A stretch of 64,000 nucleotides of DNA from the human T2T-CHM13v2.0 reference genome, Homo sapiens, in NCBI RefSeq assembly GCF_009914755.1, contig NC_060935.1; one strand, 5' to 3'. Under the pieces are notes generated by a model. It searched no databases and was not told where the DNA came from. It worked only from the letters and a program-made list of their open reading frames with translations. Within the stretch, counting starts at the first letter, position 1; each line of letters starts with the position of its first letter. A program made the translations under genes and the position numbers. Positions 1 through 16,600 of this stretch are shown one piece after another.

Positions 1-334
1 ATACCTCCTGAAAGACCTGCCTGAGGCTGTTTTACAGTTAATTTCTTTTTTTTATAAGTAGGAGTACACCTGAAATAATGATAAATAGTATAATAAATCC
101 GTAAGCCAGTAACATGGTCATTGATTATCCAGTATTATGTACTGTACATAATTTTATGTGCTGTACATTTATACAGCAGTGTAGTAAGTTTGTTTATACC
201 AGCGTCACTCAAGTGCTTGAGTTATATGTTGCGTTATGATGCTAAGATGTCACAGCTGCATTGTAATCTTATGGGACCACTGTTGTATCTGTGGTCCATT
301 GTTGACCAAAATGTCTTCATGTGGCACCTAACTG
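1..334 (+). mobile_element. Tigger3/Golem-like TcMar DNA transposon, terminal portion
   Basis: Ends TAATCTTATGGGACCACTGTTGTATCTGTGGTCCATTGTTGACCAAAATGTC...ACTG followed by TA, like the Tigger3 terminus with a TA target site. Confidence 0.7.
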
Positions 335-394
335 TACAGTGAATTGTTTTCTGTCCCTGATGGTATAATTATCCTAAGTGCATTTATACTTCTG

Positions 395-3300
395 TACTAG
401 TTGGTGTTCTTGAATGCGAGTCATAGAAACCAGCTTTGATTAACTTTATTCAGGAAAGGAATTTATTGAAAGACTACTGGGAAATGAAAATAATTGTTAG
501 GTAGGATGGAAAACCAACTTTAGACAGGAACCAAGGGAGTCAAGGATAGATACAGTTTGAACTCTTGTTGTGCTTCATATATTGCTGCTGGCACTGTCAT
601 CTCTAGACACCACATGCTGGACTTTACCACTGGACACTTGCAGCTGCATCATTGGACTTTTTATTCCCTCATGAGTGCTGAAAATAATCTCTCACTGTCC
701 TTTTTTTTCTCCATTTAAAAAATATTTACTAAGTACTTACCATGTGACTAGCAGTGTTGTTGGTGCAGTTAATAGAAGTGAACAAAGTTCCTACCTTCAT
801 GGAGCTCATATTCTAATGGGATTTCTCACTCGCCTTTACTTCATTCCCCAAGAATCAAAAATCTGCATGGGACCAACTGGCTATGTTTAGGACATGTATT
901 CATACCCCATCTCAAGATATAGGGAGGTGGATTATCTGCTCCATTTTAGCTTCTGCAGGTGGGGTAAAATCTTGTTTCCTCTGATCTTGGGACTTTCACT
1001 CAAATAGGAACAATTCAGAAAAAAAAAATAGTAAGTGTTACTGTCTTCTACTAGGACTCTTCAATATCTACGCATACATTTTCCCCATAGTTATATTTTT
1101 AAAAATTATTCTTATCTGCCCTAATGCATTCCTTGCACAAATGAAAATACATTTCTCTCTCCTTAAATGACATAACCTAAATCTTATGAATTGCTGCATC
1201 TAGTTCCCAGTCTTGGATGTTTGGGTGGTATTCATTTCTCCTTTATTTCCATATCTTTAAATCTATTGATCCAGTTGTAAACTTAACTACCCTGGTATAT
1301 AGTGTTTACAGAATAATGGGAAAAATAGAGAAGAAAGAAAAGGAAAGTTAAAGTTCACAAGCAATTACATGAAACAGGAAAGAACAACATATAAATATGG
1401 ACTGATGCTCTCATTTTTCTACACTGGGGCTATAATTGGTATTTACGACTTCCCTCTTCCATTATTTGCCTTTTTTTCTTCGCTTGCACCTAACTTTGCC
1501 TGCACATAACTTTGTTGGACAGTGTTCTGTACCTGTTTGTTGGGGGAGAGGGGTGGATCTCAATCTTTTCTGGTAGAATCTACACTTTTGGAAGTTTTAC
1601 TTGTATTTGGTTTTAGTAGTCTTAGATTAATCTACTTTTTACCACTAGTCCTGGTAATACCAGGAGATACCACCAGGGTTCCATCCACACTCGTATATTA
1701 CCCCTCTTGTATTTCTCCTTGACAGTCAAGATTACTTATCTTAGCTGACAAGCTCATTTTTAAGTGGGGCTTGTGGGTAGGGGATGATTTTTCCTAGTAA
1801 TTTGTAGAACTTAAATTCAGTACTTGGAAGTCTCAGCTTCCAGTTGGAATAATTGTTGTAGCACTAGTGCAGACATGCCTTTGGGTTCTAAAGCCGCTAA
1901 ACCTAGGAATATGAAATAAGAGTTTTGCAAGTTAGTCACTAGATGTAATCATGAGCTGTATTGTGTTTTTCACATTTACCCTTGAGTTTGCAGACCTGTC
2001 TACTCTTACAAAGGATAACTGGTATCACTTTTGTTCTTCAAGACCCGTACTTAATGAAGAGTTAAATGGGAATATGATAAGTAGTCATCATCCAGTTTTT
2101 AGTGGTGGCAATGTCTTTCTGTTTCCTTTTAGGGAAGTGGTGTTGCTTTTGCTTTAGTGTTTTTGTTGAAACAGATTCACAGACCACCTATTTATTCTAA
2201 TCCTAAAGATTCCAGGACCAATTAGCTATTGGAAAAGATTCATGCATTCAGACTATTTTACTTACTGTTCTGGCCTTGCTATTTATATAATTATGCCTAC
2301 TTTCCTATGCACTAGTGGTTCAATGCCACTGCTTGGTCTCTTCCATCCTTCATTAAATTGAAATGGCAACCTGATTTCAGTGTCTCCTATCTGCATCCCT
2401 GACCTGTAAAGTGTTTTCAGATATATGGGTGCTCTACTTCCTAATATATTTTCAAGGTCTTGGAGTAGGAAATGTCTTCTGGGTCCTTTTAGGATTTGTA
2501 ACGGAGAACAGGTAGAAGGACATGAGTGACACAATAATAATTATAATCTCCATTATCATACTTATTTTCTTTTTAATTTTTTTTTCTTTTGAGGCGGAGT
2601 CTCACTCTGTCGCCCAGGCTGGAGTGCAGTGGTGCAATCTCGGCTCATTGCAAGCTCTGCCTCCCGGGTTCACACCATTCTCCTGCTCAGCCTCCCGAGT
2701 AGCTGGGACTACAGGCGCCCGCCACCACGCCCAGCTAATTTTTTTGTATTTTTAGTGGAGACGGGGTTTCACCATGTTAGCCAGGATGGTCTTGATCTCC
2801 TGACCTCGTGATCCGCCTGCCTCGGCCTCCCAAAGTGCTGGGATTATAGGTGTGAGCCATTGCACCCGGCCCATACTTATTTTCTGTACGTTTTTCCATA
2901 TAAATAACTAAAGCCTTGCAATTATTTTGGTGTTTTGTAATTAACCCTACTGAGCATGCTGTTATCTGAGCTAGTAGAGCAAAGTGAACGGGAATAAGTT
3001 TATTCTTGGAAGAAAATTCTCTCAGGCAGGGGGATTTTACTGCCTCTGCAAGCAAGAAAAGATCAGTTTCATTTGCCAGGGGAAGAGGGGCTACCCAGTT
3101 AGCAAGGGGGGCCTAAGTGAGAATTAGAGATTGAGGATACTCTTAACTCATCTCCTCAGAATCCTCCTGTATACCTCCATTCCAATTCTCCTTCTTTCTG
3201 TTTTCTAATCAATTCTGCAACATATATGTAATAGTCTCAATATGTATGCAAATTTAAGGGACTTATAATTCAGCAACCTAGAGCATCAAACCCTGTGCAT

Positions 3301-4170
3301 TTGTGTTTCTGGTTACATCAGCTCTATTTTTGTAAGAGAAAAAAGATCATTTTATTAACAGTACCTGCATTTCAGTCTGTGCCTAAAGCCTAGTTTATGG
3401 GGATTTGACCTTAACATTTTCTGTATTTAAGCTATCTTGTATCCTTAGAATAGCAGATGCTCTACCTCATAGTTTTGAATTCTTCATGCCCTGCATATTG
3501 TTCTTTTCTCAACAGCACTCTCTAAATCACCAGCACAGCACAGCACTCTCTAAAACAGTCCATGTGACCACAGGTGATAATTGTTTCATTACTCCATGTC
3601 GAGGGCTTACAGAATCCCTTCAACACTAATATGATATTTACTGGCCTCTTCTAGGCCAGAAACCAATCCTAAATTACCCTTACTTACCTGAGGAACTATT
3701 GCCTCTAATCCACTCCTTGGTACCAGTTTCTTAGTGCAAACAACAGAAATCAATTCTGGCCAACCAAGGTAGAAGAGGAATTTAGTAAAAGAATAATGAA
3801 TACTGTGTGGCTTACATAATAGAAAAGATTAGAAAATTAAGTTTGAGCAGGATTGATGGGAAGCAGGGTACAGCCAAGGTTTCTGTATCTCGCTATACAA
3901 ACAATATGCTTCTGACACTGGTCATTTTACAGTCATTAGTAAGTTGCTGGACTTCATTGCCCTCAGACACTTAAAGCCGTGCTTTGACTTCTTTGCTGTT
4001 CTGTATCTTGTGAATAATCTCTGTTAGACCTTGTGTCCTTGCATTACTCCTTAAGAGTTAAAATCCCAGTTATAGTTAGACAGGCTTATATCAGCTTCCC
4101 ATGTTCTAGCTTCCAAGGAATGGAGAAAGAGAATATCTACTCCTCTTCAGTTTGTATAGTAGGAAGTGGT
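395..4170 (-). mobile_element. Ancient MaLR (MLT1-class) element: two LTR-like ends with internal sequence
   Basis: ~395-1050 and ~3730-4170 share colinear motifs (GGAATTTA, TGCTGGACTT, AATAATCTCT). The minus strand at ~3713-3730 reads GAAACTGGTACCAAGGAG, like a MaLR internal start. Boundaries are approximate. Confidence 0.45.
2571..2871 (-). mobile_element. AluY-like SINE
   Basis: Full dimer with AluY-type diagnostics. The 14-bp target-site duplication CATACTTATTTTCT is at 2557-2570 and 2872-2885. Confidence 0.93.
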
Positions 4171-5699
4171 TCCTGCATCTTACCTATCTTTGGTTTTCTA
4201 CCAATCAGAAGGGCATTCAGATGCTGGACAGCCAAAGTTGGCATATATCTACTATAGTACCTGTTCCTTAGTAGTTGTTGATACAAGTCCCCTGTGGAAT
4301 TACCCATTTACTCAGCAAATGTCTTTTGAGCCCTTGCAGTATGCCAGGAACTGTTAGGCTTTTAAAAAGGAACTATAATAGTATTCATGCTGATGGCCAG
4401 AGTGAGTGGCGAATAACAACAGAGGAGTTGCATTAAAATGTATTTGTTATGAAATAACGATATATAAACAGAGTATTAGTATTATACTTATCTCTTTCTC
4501 TTCCAAATTATATCCATAATCTCTCCCTAAAATGTCAATGAATAGCACATAGTACTGTGTATAGTTAGTAAAAGGTGGAATTTGACCCTCTACATCATTC
4601 AGTGTCTCATATAAAATTGAGCTTTAGTTTCCAGGTAGGATGGAGGTATCCATTTATTTAAAGAAAAACATTCCTTTTCATTTAATGAAATTTTTTTAAA
4701 AATCAGTGTTCAGCTCAATTTTCCTGTAAATTCTAACTTCCACTACAGCCTTCCTAGCTCGGTTCCCCGAGCTTTTCTTCCTCCTTTTATTTTCCTCTCG
4801 TGTCAGTTAAACATGAAATAGCTCTAATTAACTTTAACATAAAGTAAGAAAAGTTACCCAAAATGTCTTTGAGGTTATGAATAAAGAGCCGACATGATGA
4901 GCCGAATGTCCTTTATGGTAGCAAAGTTATTTTGTGTGTCAGTTGGATTATTTACACACATCTGTTTCTATGTGATTAGTCATTTTGGCAATAAAAGACT
5001 TTAAAGAGGATCCAGAGATTCACATACCTGTTTTCCTATCCCAGGATGAAATGCAAAATCTGAATCATTTGAATTTTTATGATGAAAAGAGTAAAATGTT
5101 TAGGAGACTGAAGGGAGACATACTTATTAAGAGCTTTATAATTTCTTACAGGTGCTCAATTATCCTTTTTATTGCCTTCTGATAGGTAGAGCTGGAAGTT
5201 TAGCCTCTCTGCTCTAGCTGCTTATGGCAATAATGGACTAACAAAAAACTGAGCAATCAGCCATATGTCTCATGTTTATTTACTTTGTGAAACAAGAGAA
5301 GAGGAAAAATCTCTGTTTTCTGATTCTTGGCCTTTGACCATCATACTGTTTGCTTTTCCAGTCAATGGACTCTTTTCTTTTAAAGCCGTCATCTGTGCCG
5401 TGTTTCTTAGTGGCTTATATAGCAGTGGTGTGATATGCTGTTTCCAGATAAGTTCAGTGTGTACTGCAGGTAGCTGGAAAGATGTCCTTACTGGGCTGGT
5501 CATATTTCAGTTATTAGACTCTCAGGCCTTACCAGGAGAACTTCTAGGAAATAACTCTAGATTCTAGCTGGGTTTCAAAGGACAGTTTAATTTATTTACT
5601 GAATACCTACTAAGGACCAAGAGGCACTGGGCTTCAAGCTAGAGATAAAGAGACAAAAACAGTAGTGTCTACTCTCAAGAAGCTAAGCTAGAGATATAT

Positions 5700-7045
<1,346 letters not shown>

Positions 7046-7235
7046 CTTTATACTCTGAGAACACTAAGGAGGACTTAGGTCTGCTGGAAGAGGGTACTTT
7101 CCTGGAAAATGATTGAGTTAATCTGGTGACGATGAGGGAAGAATATTCTAGACAGATGTGAGTACATGGGAAGTAAAGGTACAGAGGTATGAAATGTCTT
7201 TATGTGCAGTGAACTACAACAATTTGATATGACTA

Positions 7236-8593
<1,358 letters not shown>

Positions 8594-11500
8594 AGGCAGC
8601 AGCTGAGAGAGACCCAGAGACTTAAAAACTGAGACTAGTAAAGGAGGATATGTGTGGTGGAGATTGCTTATGTCTTTTTAGAGAGATTATGTGTATTAAG
8701 ACTGAATTTCACTCTAGAATTTGAACTGGTCCTCAGAAAACACATCGTGAAGTTGTACTTGTTGTCTGGTATTTATAGCCCTGATTTCTCTGAGGGTATA
8801 GAAATATCATTTAGAGAGAAAGAAACCTCCATGTTTGTGGGTCTGGCACATAGTCAAGTGTACATGTTTATTATTTTTGCCTTGCCCTTGATCAGATGTC
8901 TATCCACATTGCTTGTATTTTTCAGTGTTCCCTTCATTTTGTGTTTACTTTCTCTCTCCATTTCCTCTGATAGATTGAATCTAAATTGCTTCTTTAGTGC
9001 TTACCTAATACACAGTCATCCTCTTTAATTTTAAAGAGAAAAAAAATGCAACTTTTAGAAGTCAGCATATCATGTATCTTTGGGAACTCAATGATTTCTT
9101 TTTGTTTTTGAGGGCAGTGGTAGGAAGTAAATGCATTGATTTAGGGTGCCTTTTCAGACTTTAAAATTTTGCTTATCATAAGGAGGAGTCTTAAAATAGC
9201 TCCAGTGAACAATTATTTGATGGAAAGAGGAAGTACCATTGTCAGAGACGGTGGCAATGCCAGAAACAGGTTTTCTTAGAGGCTTTTCTTTGCCTTTTCT
9301 TTTCTTTGGTACCTTATTTTCTGTTTGTCCCAAGTAATCCCTAAACTATGTCCTGGGAAATCCTTTATGATGGCAAGGATTACATTAGGAATTCCTCAAA
9401 TGCTGATTTGATTGTCATTAGTGGTATGCTTTTTAAAATATGGAGAGTATGTTTTTCCCTGCTTAAGACTAATGGCTTTTCTAAATAGAGCTGATTGTAT
9501 CTCCATGTTATTGTGAGAGCAGGCAGCAGCCTGTATTTGGACACCACCTCAATGAAGGCTTATTTTGTCTTGGATGCTGGAGAAATCTTAGTGTGCTGTG
9601 TCCGTTACCTCATATTCCTTCCAGACAGAGGACCTGCTGTTGTGAAGGAACATTTCTATACTGGACATGAGTCTCCTGGGGTTCTCCATATTGCCATGCT
9701 CCATCATCCTCTGACAAGGGCCGTGACACAGCACTCCTAGCACTCCTCACATTCAGCCGTGAGTCTGAGGAGAAACAAAAGGGGCATTCTCCTTCGTGCA
9801 CCATGGAGAGCCTCTGAAATGTTAGCTTTCCCTGTTGCTTACAGCCTTTGTCATTCCAGTTACCTTGGACTTTATTTTGACTTCTTGCCACTTTCCCAGC
9901 CCAGCAGAAGGCAAACTACCTTCCTAATCTTGATTGGAGTCATATACAAGTATTTGGATATACTTGGAAAGGAAAGAGAGAGTGAGAGCCAGTCCTCCCA
10001 AATCATGGGCTTGGAGGAAATTTTCTTTGCTGTCTGAACTTTTGTTTTGGCCAGGGCAAGGGGCCAGTTTTATCTTTTTCGTTTTTGTTTGCTTTTTGTC
10101 AGTAAAACAATACTAAAAAATATTGAGAGTAATAAAACATTCTTGTTCACACTGTTCAGAACTGATGATAGTTAATATTTTATTCTACTTTATTTTTCAT
10201 TAAAAAGAAATAATATTATACATAAAATTGGAATAGCTTTTTTCTACTACTCTCAGTCCTATTTCTTACTCCAAGAAGTAACCACCAGCAGAAATTTGAT
10301 TTGTATGCTTGATGTCTATTTTTCATATTTTATATCTCCATTAAAACATAAAGTAGCATTTTATAATTCTTTATTAGTATGAATTGCTCTGTCTTCCCTC
10401 ATATTGTGGCTTTTCAACCTGGTCTTTTCACCTCGTATTTTGTTGAAAAAAACTTTAAAATTTTAATGTCTGATTTGTCTATCCTTAACTCTGTGGTTTA
10501 TTCTTATTGCATCTTTTTAAAGAAACCTGTTTTCCCCCAAAGTTCACGTAAGTTCCTAATTTTTTTCTAAAGGTGTTTTTATATTTATGACTTAAATCTA
10601 CCTGGAATTACTTTTTATGTATAGTTTCAAATAGAGATCTGGCCCCATATGGATAATTGGTATTTATCACTGATCTGCAATGCCACATCTGTCATATGTC
10701 TTATTTTTTGTATGTATGCTTCTGTTTCAGGACCCTGTTCTATTCCATTGGTGTATTTGTCCATCCCTTGTACTATTACAACATTGGTAAATTACTTTAT
10801 ATTAAGTCTTAATTCCCAATAACAGTAAGTTTCCCTACCTTGTTGTTGCTTTTCAGATTGTATTAATTATTGTAGGCCCTTTTCTCTTCTATATGAATTT
10901 TAGGATCAGCTTATAAGTTCTATAAAAATCCTGTTGTAATTTGGATTTTGATTACATTGAATTTTATTTACTTACTTGAAGAGAATTTACATTGTGATGC
11001 TATTGTATATTCCTATCTGTGAACATAGAATGTTTTTTTCATTTAACTCAGAATATTTTTTATTTCCTTCAGTAATGTTTTCTAATTTTCTTGCAAAGGC
11101 CTTTGCATTTTTGTTAAGTTTCTTTTTAGGTATCTTAAACATTTTGTTGCTATTTGAAGTGAAATCATTTTTTCTGTTATCATTTCTAATTGATTATTGT
11201 TGCTCTATAGAAATGTCTTTTTTTTATGCTGATCCTGTGTCTGTCAGTCTTACATATAGAGTAGTTAATCTTCATTTTCTTTTGGATTTCTATTTAGACA
11301 GTCATATCTATACATAATTTTTATACCTCTTTTTTTTCTTGGATATGACCTCCAGTATAATATTTAAAATGCGCAGTAAAAGAGGTCATCTTTATCTTTC
11401 TCCTCACTTGACAGGGAATGCATCTAAAGTTTCAATATGTAGATATGAATGCTGACTTTTGCTATAGGGTTCTGATAGGTTCAGGTGGTTTCTATCTCTA

Positions 11501-12887
11501 TTTTTCTAAGAGTTTCTTTTATTACGAGTAGACATTGAATTTTGTAGAATGTTCTTTTTGCATTGAGATGAGCATATTTTCTTCTGTAAATTTTAATATG
11601 ATACATTTTCAGGTATTGAACCATTTTTGCATTCCTGGTATATTCAACTTGGTTGGGAAATATTAAATTTTCTTTTTAAACATGTAGAATTTAATTTTAT
11701 AATGTTATTTGGGATGTTTCCATCTATTTTGATATGTAAAATTGGTCTGTAATTTTTTGTGGTTCTTGTCTGGTTTTATGAAGGTTGTACTAGCTTCAAA
11801 ATTGAATTGAGTTCGTGATTTCATATTTTCTCTACTAAGTAACTGTTTCATTCAGATTTAAAATTTAATAGTCACTTACGATTTGGGGGTAGGTGTTTTA
11901 ATTTTTGAATTGTTATATTTAATTTTCATTTGGATGGGCAATACTTCCACATGGAACCTGATTGGAAATTTTAAAAAGGATGTATACTACAAAGTAAGTC
12001 TTCTTCCCATTTGTATCCTTAGTAGCTAATCAAGTATTTGGCCCCTAGGCAGCCACTGATACTATTTTCTTGTTATAGTTTCCATCGCTATTTTGTGCGT
12101 AATTTTTGTACACAAGTGTTCACAAAACAATACATTCTGTACTCTATGTTTTCTTTTTCATTTAACCATAGATCTTCAATAGCATCTGTGTTGAGGGTCT
12201 TTGTGATTTTAAAAATGTACTATATCAATATTCATCTTTTTATTCATAATAATGTCTATTTCTGCCTTTCCATTTTTTCTTAATCAGCCCTGCTAATGAC
12301 TATCTTTTAGTAGTGTCCTTTGTTTAAAGTCAGATTGATTGAAGTATGTGACATAAATTTTACCCCTTTTAGTGTACATTCCTGAATTTTGACAAACACT
12401 ACAGTCATAGAACCACCAATATAATCAGAATATAGAACAGTTCCATCATCCAAAAAAATCTCATACTCCTCAACCCTTCTTCCTGACTCCTACCCTCTGG
12501 CCACCACTGATCTGTTTTCTGTCCCTGCTGTTTTGATTTTTCCAGAATGTCGGATAAATGGAATCATGTATGTAGTCTCTTTTTAATTGAAATTTTTATT
12601 GAGATAATTGTAGATTCACATGCAGTTGCAAGAAAGAATACAGCAAGATCCTGTGTACCCTTCACCTAGTTTCCCTCAATTGTAAAATTTTGCAGAACCA
12701 CAGTACAGTATCACAACCAGAATCTTAATGTGGATATTGTCCAGTGATCTTACTGAGACTTCTCAAACTAAAACATACACACACACACTCACTTGTGTGA
12801 GAACTGTAACATACACACAAGGGCGTGTGTATGTTTTAAGTTCTGTGCACTTTATTGTGTGTGTCTGGAGGACCTCATTCAACATGA

Positions 12888-13117
12888 ATTAAAGCTTACT
12901 ATATAGTCACAGTAATCAAGAGATTGTGATACTGGTCACAAACATACAGATCAATGGAACAGAAAAGAAAACCAGAAATACACCAAAACAAATATACTTT
13001 CCTGATTTCTGAAAAAGGTAGAAAAGCAATGCAGTGGGGAAAAGACAGCTTTTTCAATGGACAGTGCTGAAGCAACTGGATCACTATAGGCAAAAAAAAT
13101 GAACCTCAACCTAAATC
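12888..13117 (+). mobile_element. Inverted L1 ORF2 segment within the minus-strand L1M
   Basis: Plus strand resembles ORF2 YYKATVIKTVWYW...DQWNR (ACAGTAATCAAG...TACTGG...GATCAATGGAACAG). Confidence 0.7.
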
Positions 13118-13465
13118 TGTTGAGAAAAGCTTAGTGTTGGGAGAAGCTGAGGCATCATGTTGAATGATTCCTCACACTTTATTCTTCAAGACTGTTTTAG
13201 CTATTTTAGGGCCTTTGCCTTTCCATATAAATTTTGGGCTAATTTAGTCTCTGTCTGCAAGAAAACTTTGCTGGAGTTTTGACAGGAATTTTATTAAACT
13301 TATAGATGAGTTTGGGGAAGGTTAATATTTTTAGTATGTGAGATCTTCCAGTGCATGAATACAGTATGTCTCTCTGTCTAGACCTTCTCTGATTTCTTCC
13401 ACTAGCATTTTGTAATTTTCAACGTACAAGTCCTATACATCTTTTATTAGATTTACACCTAAGTA

Positions 13466-13605
13466 CAGTCATGTGTTGCTTAATGACAGGGATACATTCT
13501 GAGAAATGCATCATTAGGCGATTTTGTCATGTGAACATCATAAAGTGTACTTACATAAACTTAGATAGTATAGTCTACTACACACCTAGCTTATATGGTA
13601 CAGTT
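13466..13605 (+). mobile_element. Tigger-family DNA transposon 5' fragment
   Basis: TA-CAGTCATGTGTTGCTTAATGACAGGGATACATTCTGAGAAATGCATCATTAGGCGATTT. Confidence 0.7.
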
Positions 13606-16600
13606 CATTTTCCTGTGTGGGGTAGGATACGGATTAAGTGTTTTGTTTTGGCGTATGGGTGCCAGTTACTCCAGCAATATTCACTGGTAAGACTATCCTT
13701 TTTCTATTGAATTGATTTTATACCTTTGTCAGAAATAAACTAATCATATAGGTGGCCCGTATTTCTGTATTCTGTGTTTATTGACCCATGTCTGTGTCCT
13801 TTTGCCAGTACCACACCATCTTGATTACTATAGCCTTATGGTAACTGTTCAATTAAGGTAGTGTGGGTCCTCCAACTTTGATCTTTTTCAGCATGATTTA
13901 AGCTGTTCTAATTCCTTGCCTTACATATAAATATTAGGATATGCTTGTTGAAGTCTGTGAAACATTCTTCTGGGATTTTGATTAGCATTGTGTTGAATTT
14001 ATAGAATAATTTGTCCAGAATTTACATCTTAATAATACTGAGTCTTCCTGTCCATGAACCCAGTATCTCTTTCCATTTATTTAAGTATTTTTTTAAAAAA
14101 TGGTGTTGTGTATTTTCCACATAAGGATTCTGCACATATTTTGCTACATTTTATTTAAGGATTTCATGTATCTTGGCCCTGTTATAAGTAGTACTGTTTT
14201 AAAATTTCAAATTCAGTTGTTCACTGCTAGGCATAGAATTACAGTTGGTATTTGTAATTGACTTTGTATTCTACAGCCTTGCTAAATTTATTTATTAATT
14301 CTAGTAGATTTTTAATAAATTGTAGACAGTCATATTGTCTGTTACTTAGCACAGTGTATGTCTTCTTTTCCAACCAGTATGACTTTTTACATTTTTGTTG
14401 TTTTTTGGACCTTATTACACTGACTTGGACCTCCAATATAGTATCGGAATAGGAGTAGTCATGGCAAACACCTAGCCTTTTTCCCTGTTTAGGAAAAAAT
14501 CATTCATTACACCACTAAAAGTGATGTTAGCTATAGGTTTTTTTGTTCATGACCTTTATTTGATTAAGGACATTTCCTTCTATTCCAAGTTTGCTGGAGC
14601 TTTTCATGAATGGGTGCTGAATTTATTCAAATGCTTCTTCTGCATCTATTGAAAAGTCTATACCATTTTTCTTACTTGATGTATCAATATAGTGAATTAT
14701 ATTAATTGCACTTTTAACCAGCCTTGAATTCCCAAAATAAATCCCACTTGGTTATGATGTAGTATCTTTTTTTATATGTTGGTGAATTTGATTTGCTAAT
14801 ATTTTGTTAAGGATTTTTGTGTTTATGCTTATAAAGGGATATTGGTCTGTAATTTTCTTATAATGTCTTTGTCTTATTTTGATATCAGGGTAGTGCTGGC
14901 CTCATTTATAAGTGTTCTTTCCTTTTTTTCTGGAAGAGTTTGTGTAGAACAGTGTTATTTTCTTCTAAGATATTTTGTAGAATTTATCAGTGAAGCCATC
15001 TGAGCCTGGTGTTTTCTTTGCTGGAGGTTTTAACTATGAATTAAATTTATTTAATGGACATATAGCATGATTCAAGTTATCTGTTTCTTCTTGAGTGAGC
15101 TTTAGTAGTTTGTATTTTTGAAGGAATTCATCCATTTAATTATGCTTGTTGAATTTATGGGCATAAAGTTTTTCATAGTATTTGCTTATCATAAGCCTTT
15201 AATGTCTATGTGGTCTGTGGTGATGTTCCCTCTTATAGTGCCAATATTGGCATCATCTTTTCTTAATCAGTCCAGCTAGAGGTTTATCAAATTTGCAAAC
15301 CTTTTTAAAGAACCAGCTTCGGGTGTTATGAGTTTTCTCTGTTTTATTTGCTATATTTCATTGATTTCTGCTCATATCTTTATTTCTTCCTTCTTGTTGC
15401 TTTGGATTTAATTTGCTCATCTTTTTATAGTTTTTTTAAGCATAGATCATTGATTTGAGACTGTTCTTTTCTATTATAATATTTAATTCTATAAATTTTC
15501 CTTTAAGTGCTGCTTTAAATACATTCTGTAATTGGGATTTGTTATATTTTAGTTTTCATTGAATTCAGATATTTTCTAATTTATCTTGTGACTTCCTCTT
15601 TGACTCATTGGGTTATTTACAAGTATGTTGTTTATTTTCCAGATATTTTCCTTATCTTTCCAGGGATTTTCGTCATCTTTCTGTTAATTATTTCCAGTAT
15701 AATTTCATTATAGTTAGAGAACGTACGTTTTACTATTTCAATTCTTTTAAAGTCTGTTGTGGTATATTTGAGGTACCTTTCTGGTTTAGAATATGGTCTT
15801 TCTTGGTCAGTATCTCATATGCAGTAGAAAAAAATGTGTATTCTGATATTGTTGGTGGGCATGTTTTAGAAATACCAGGTCAAGTTGTTAATGTTATTCA
15901 GGTCTTTTATATCATTAACAGTTTTCTGTCTGCCGGTTTTATCAATTACTGAGAGGAGTATTGATTTCTCCAACAATAATTGTGAATTTGTTTATTTTTA
16001 TTTGTTGTTCTACCAGTTTTTGCTTCATTATTTTTTGTGTACATATCTGTTTTTAGATACATATGCATTTTGGATTGTTACGTCTTTCTGCTGGAGCTCG
16101 TCTCTCCCTGTCTAATGGTTTTGCATTTGCCTCTAAGCAGCTCCCCTAACTCCTGGTCCAGAACCAGCTCTTATAATGGAATTTGGAGAACCTGTCCTGC
16201 AGTAATTACAGAGCTAGTGCATATTCCTAGTCTTAAGCACCAAGTGATTTAATTCAGTTCCTGGTGGTGGAGCTATCTTTTTATTCCTTTACTTATTAGA
16301 ACCATTGCTCTACAAAGGTAGCCTTAGGCAGTGGATCTGCAGGAGTTTTCTTTTTTTCATCCTCATTTCATGCACAGCCTCTCATCACTCAATTCTACCC
16401 CTACTTCAAGCAGGGAACCTGTCTGTAGTTCCCCTGCCTCCCATGAAGCACATTCCATCTCCTTTGCCTTGTATGACCTGAACTCCTTACTGCTTCTGCT
16501 GCTCTAGATTTCTAGCCTGGAGGTCTTGTAGTTTTAGTTCTATGATTTGTATTTCTGTTCAGTTTCTGGTCCATGGAGATGCTTATCATTTTTGAGACTG

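Larger units (their letters stand above)
10380..16080 (-). mobile_element. Nested, fragmented old L1M LINE cluster
   Basis: T-rich antisense L1 ORF2/3'-end motifs throughout, with several overlapping fragments. Confidence 0.75.

Noticed and set aside
8650-10120. Repeat-poor intronic block with several short ORFs, possibly a cryptic TBCEL exon
   Set aside because: No convincing splice-site pair or protein similarity visible
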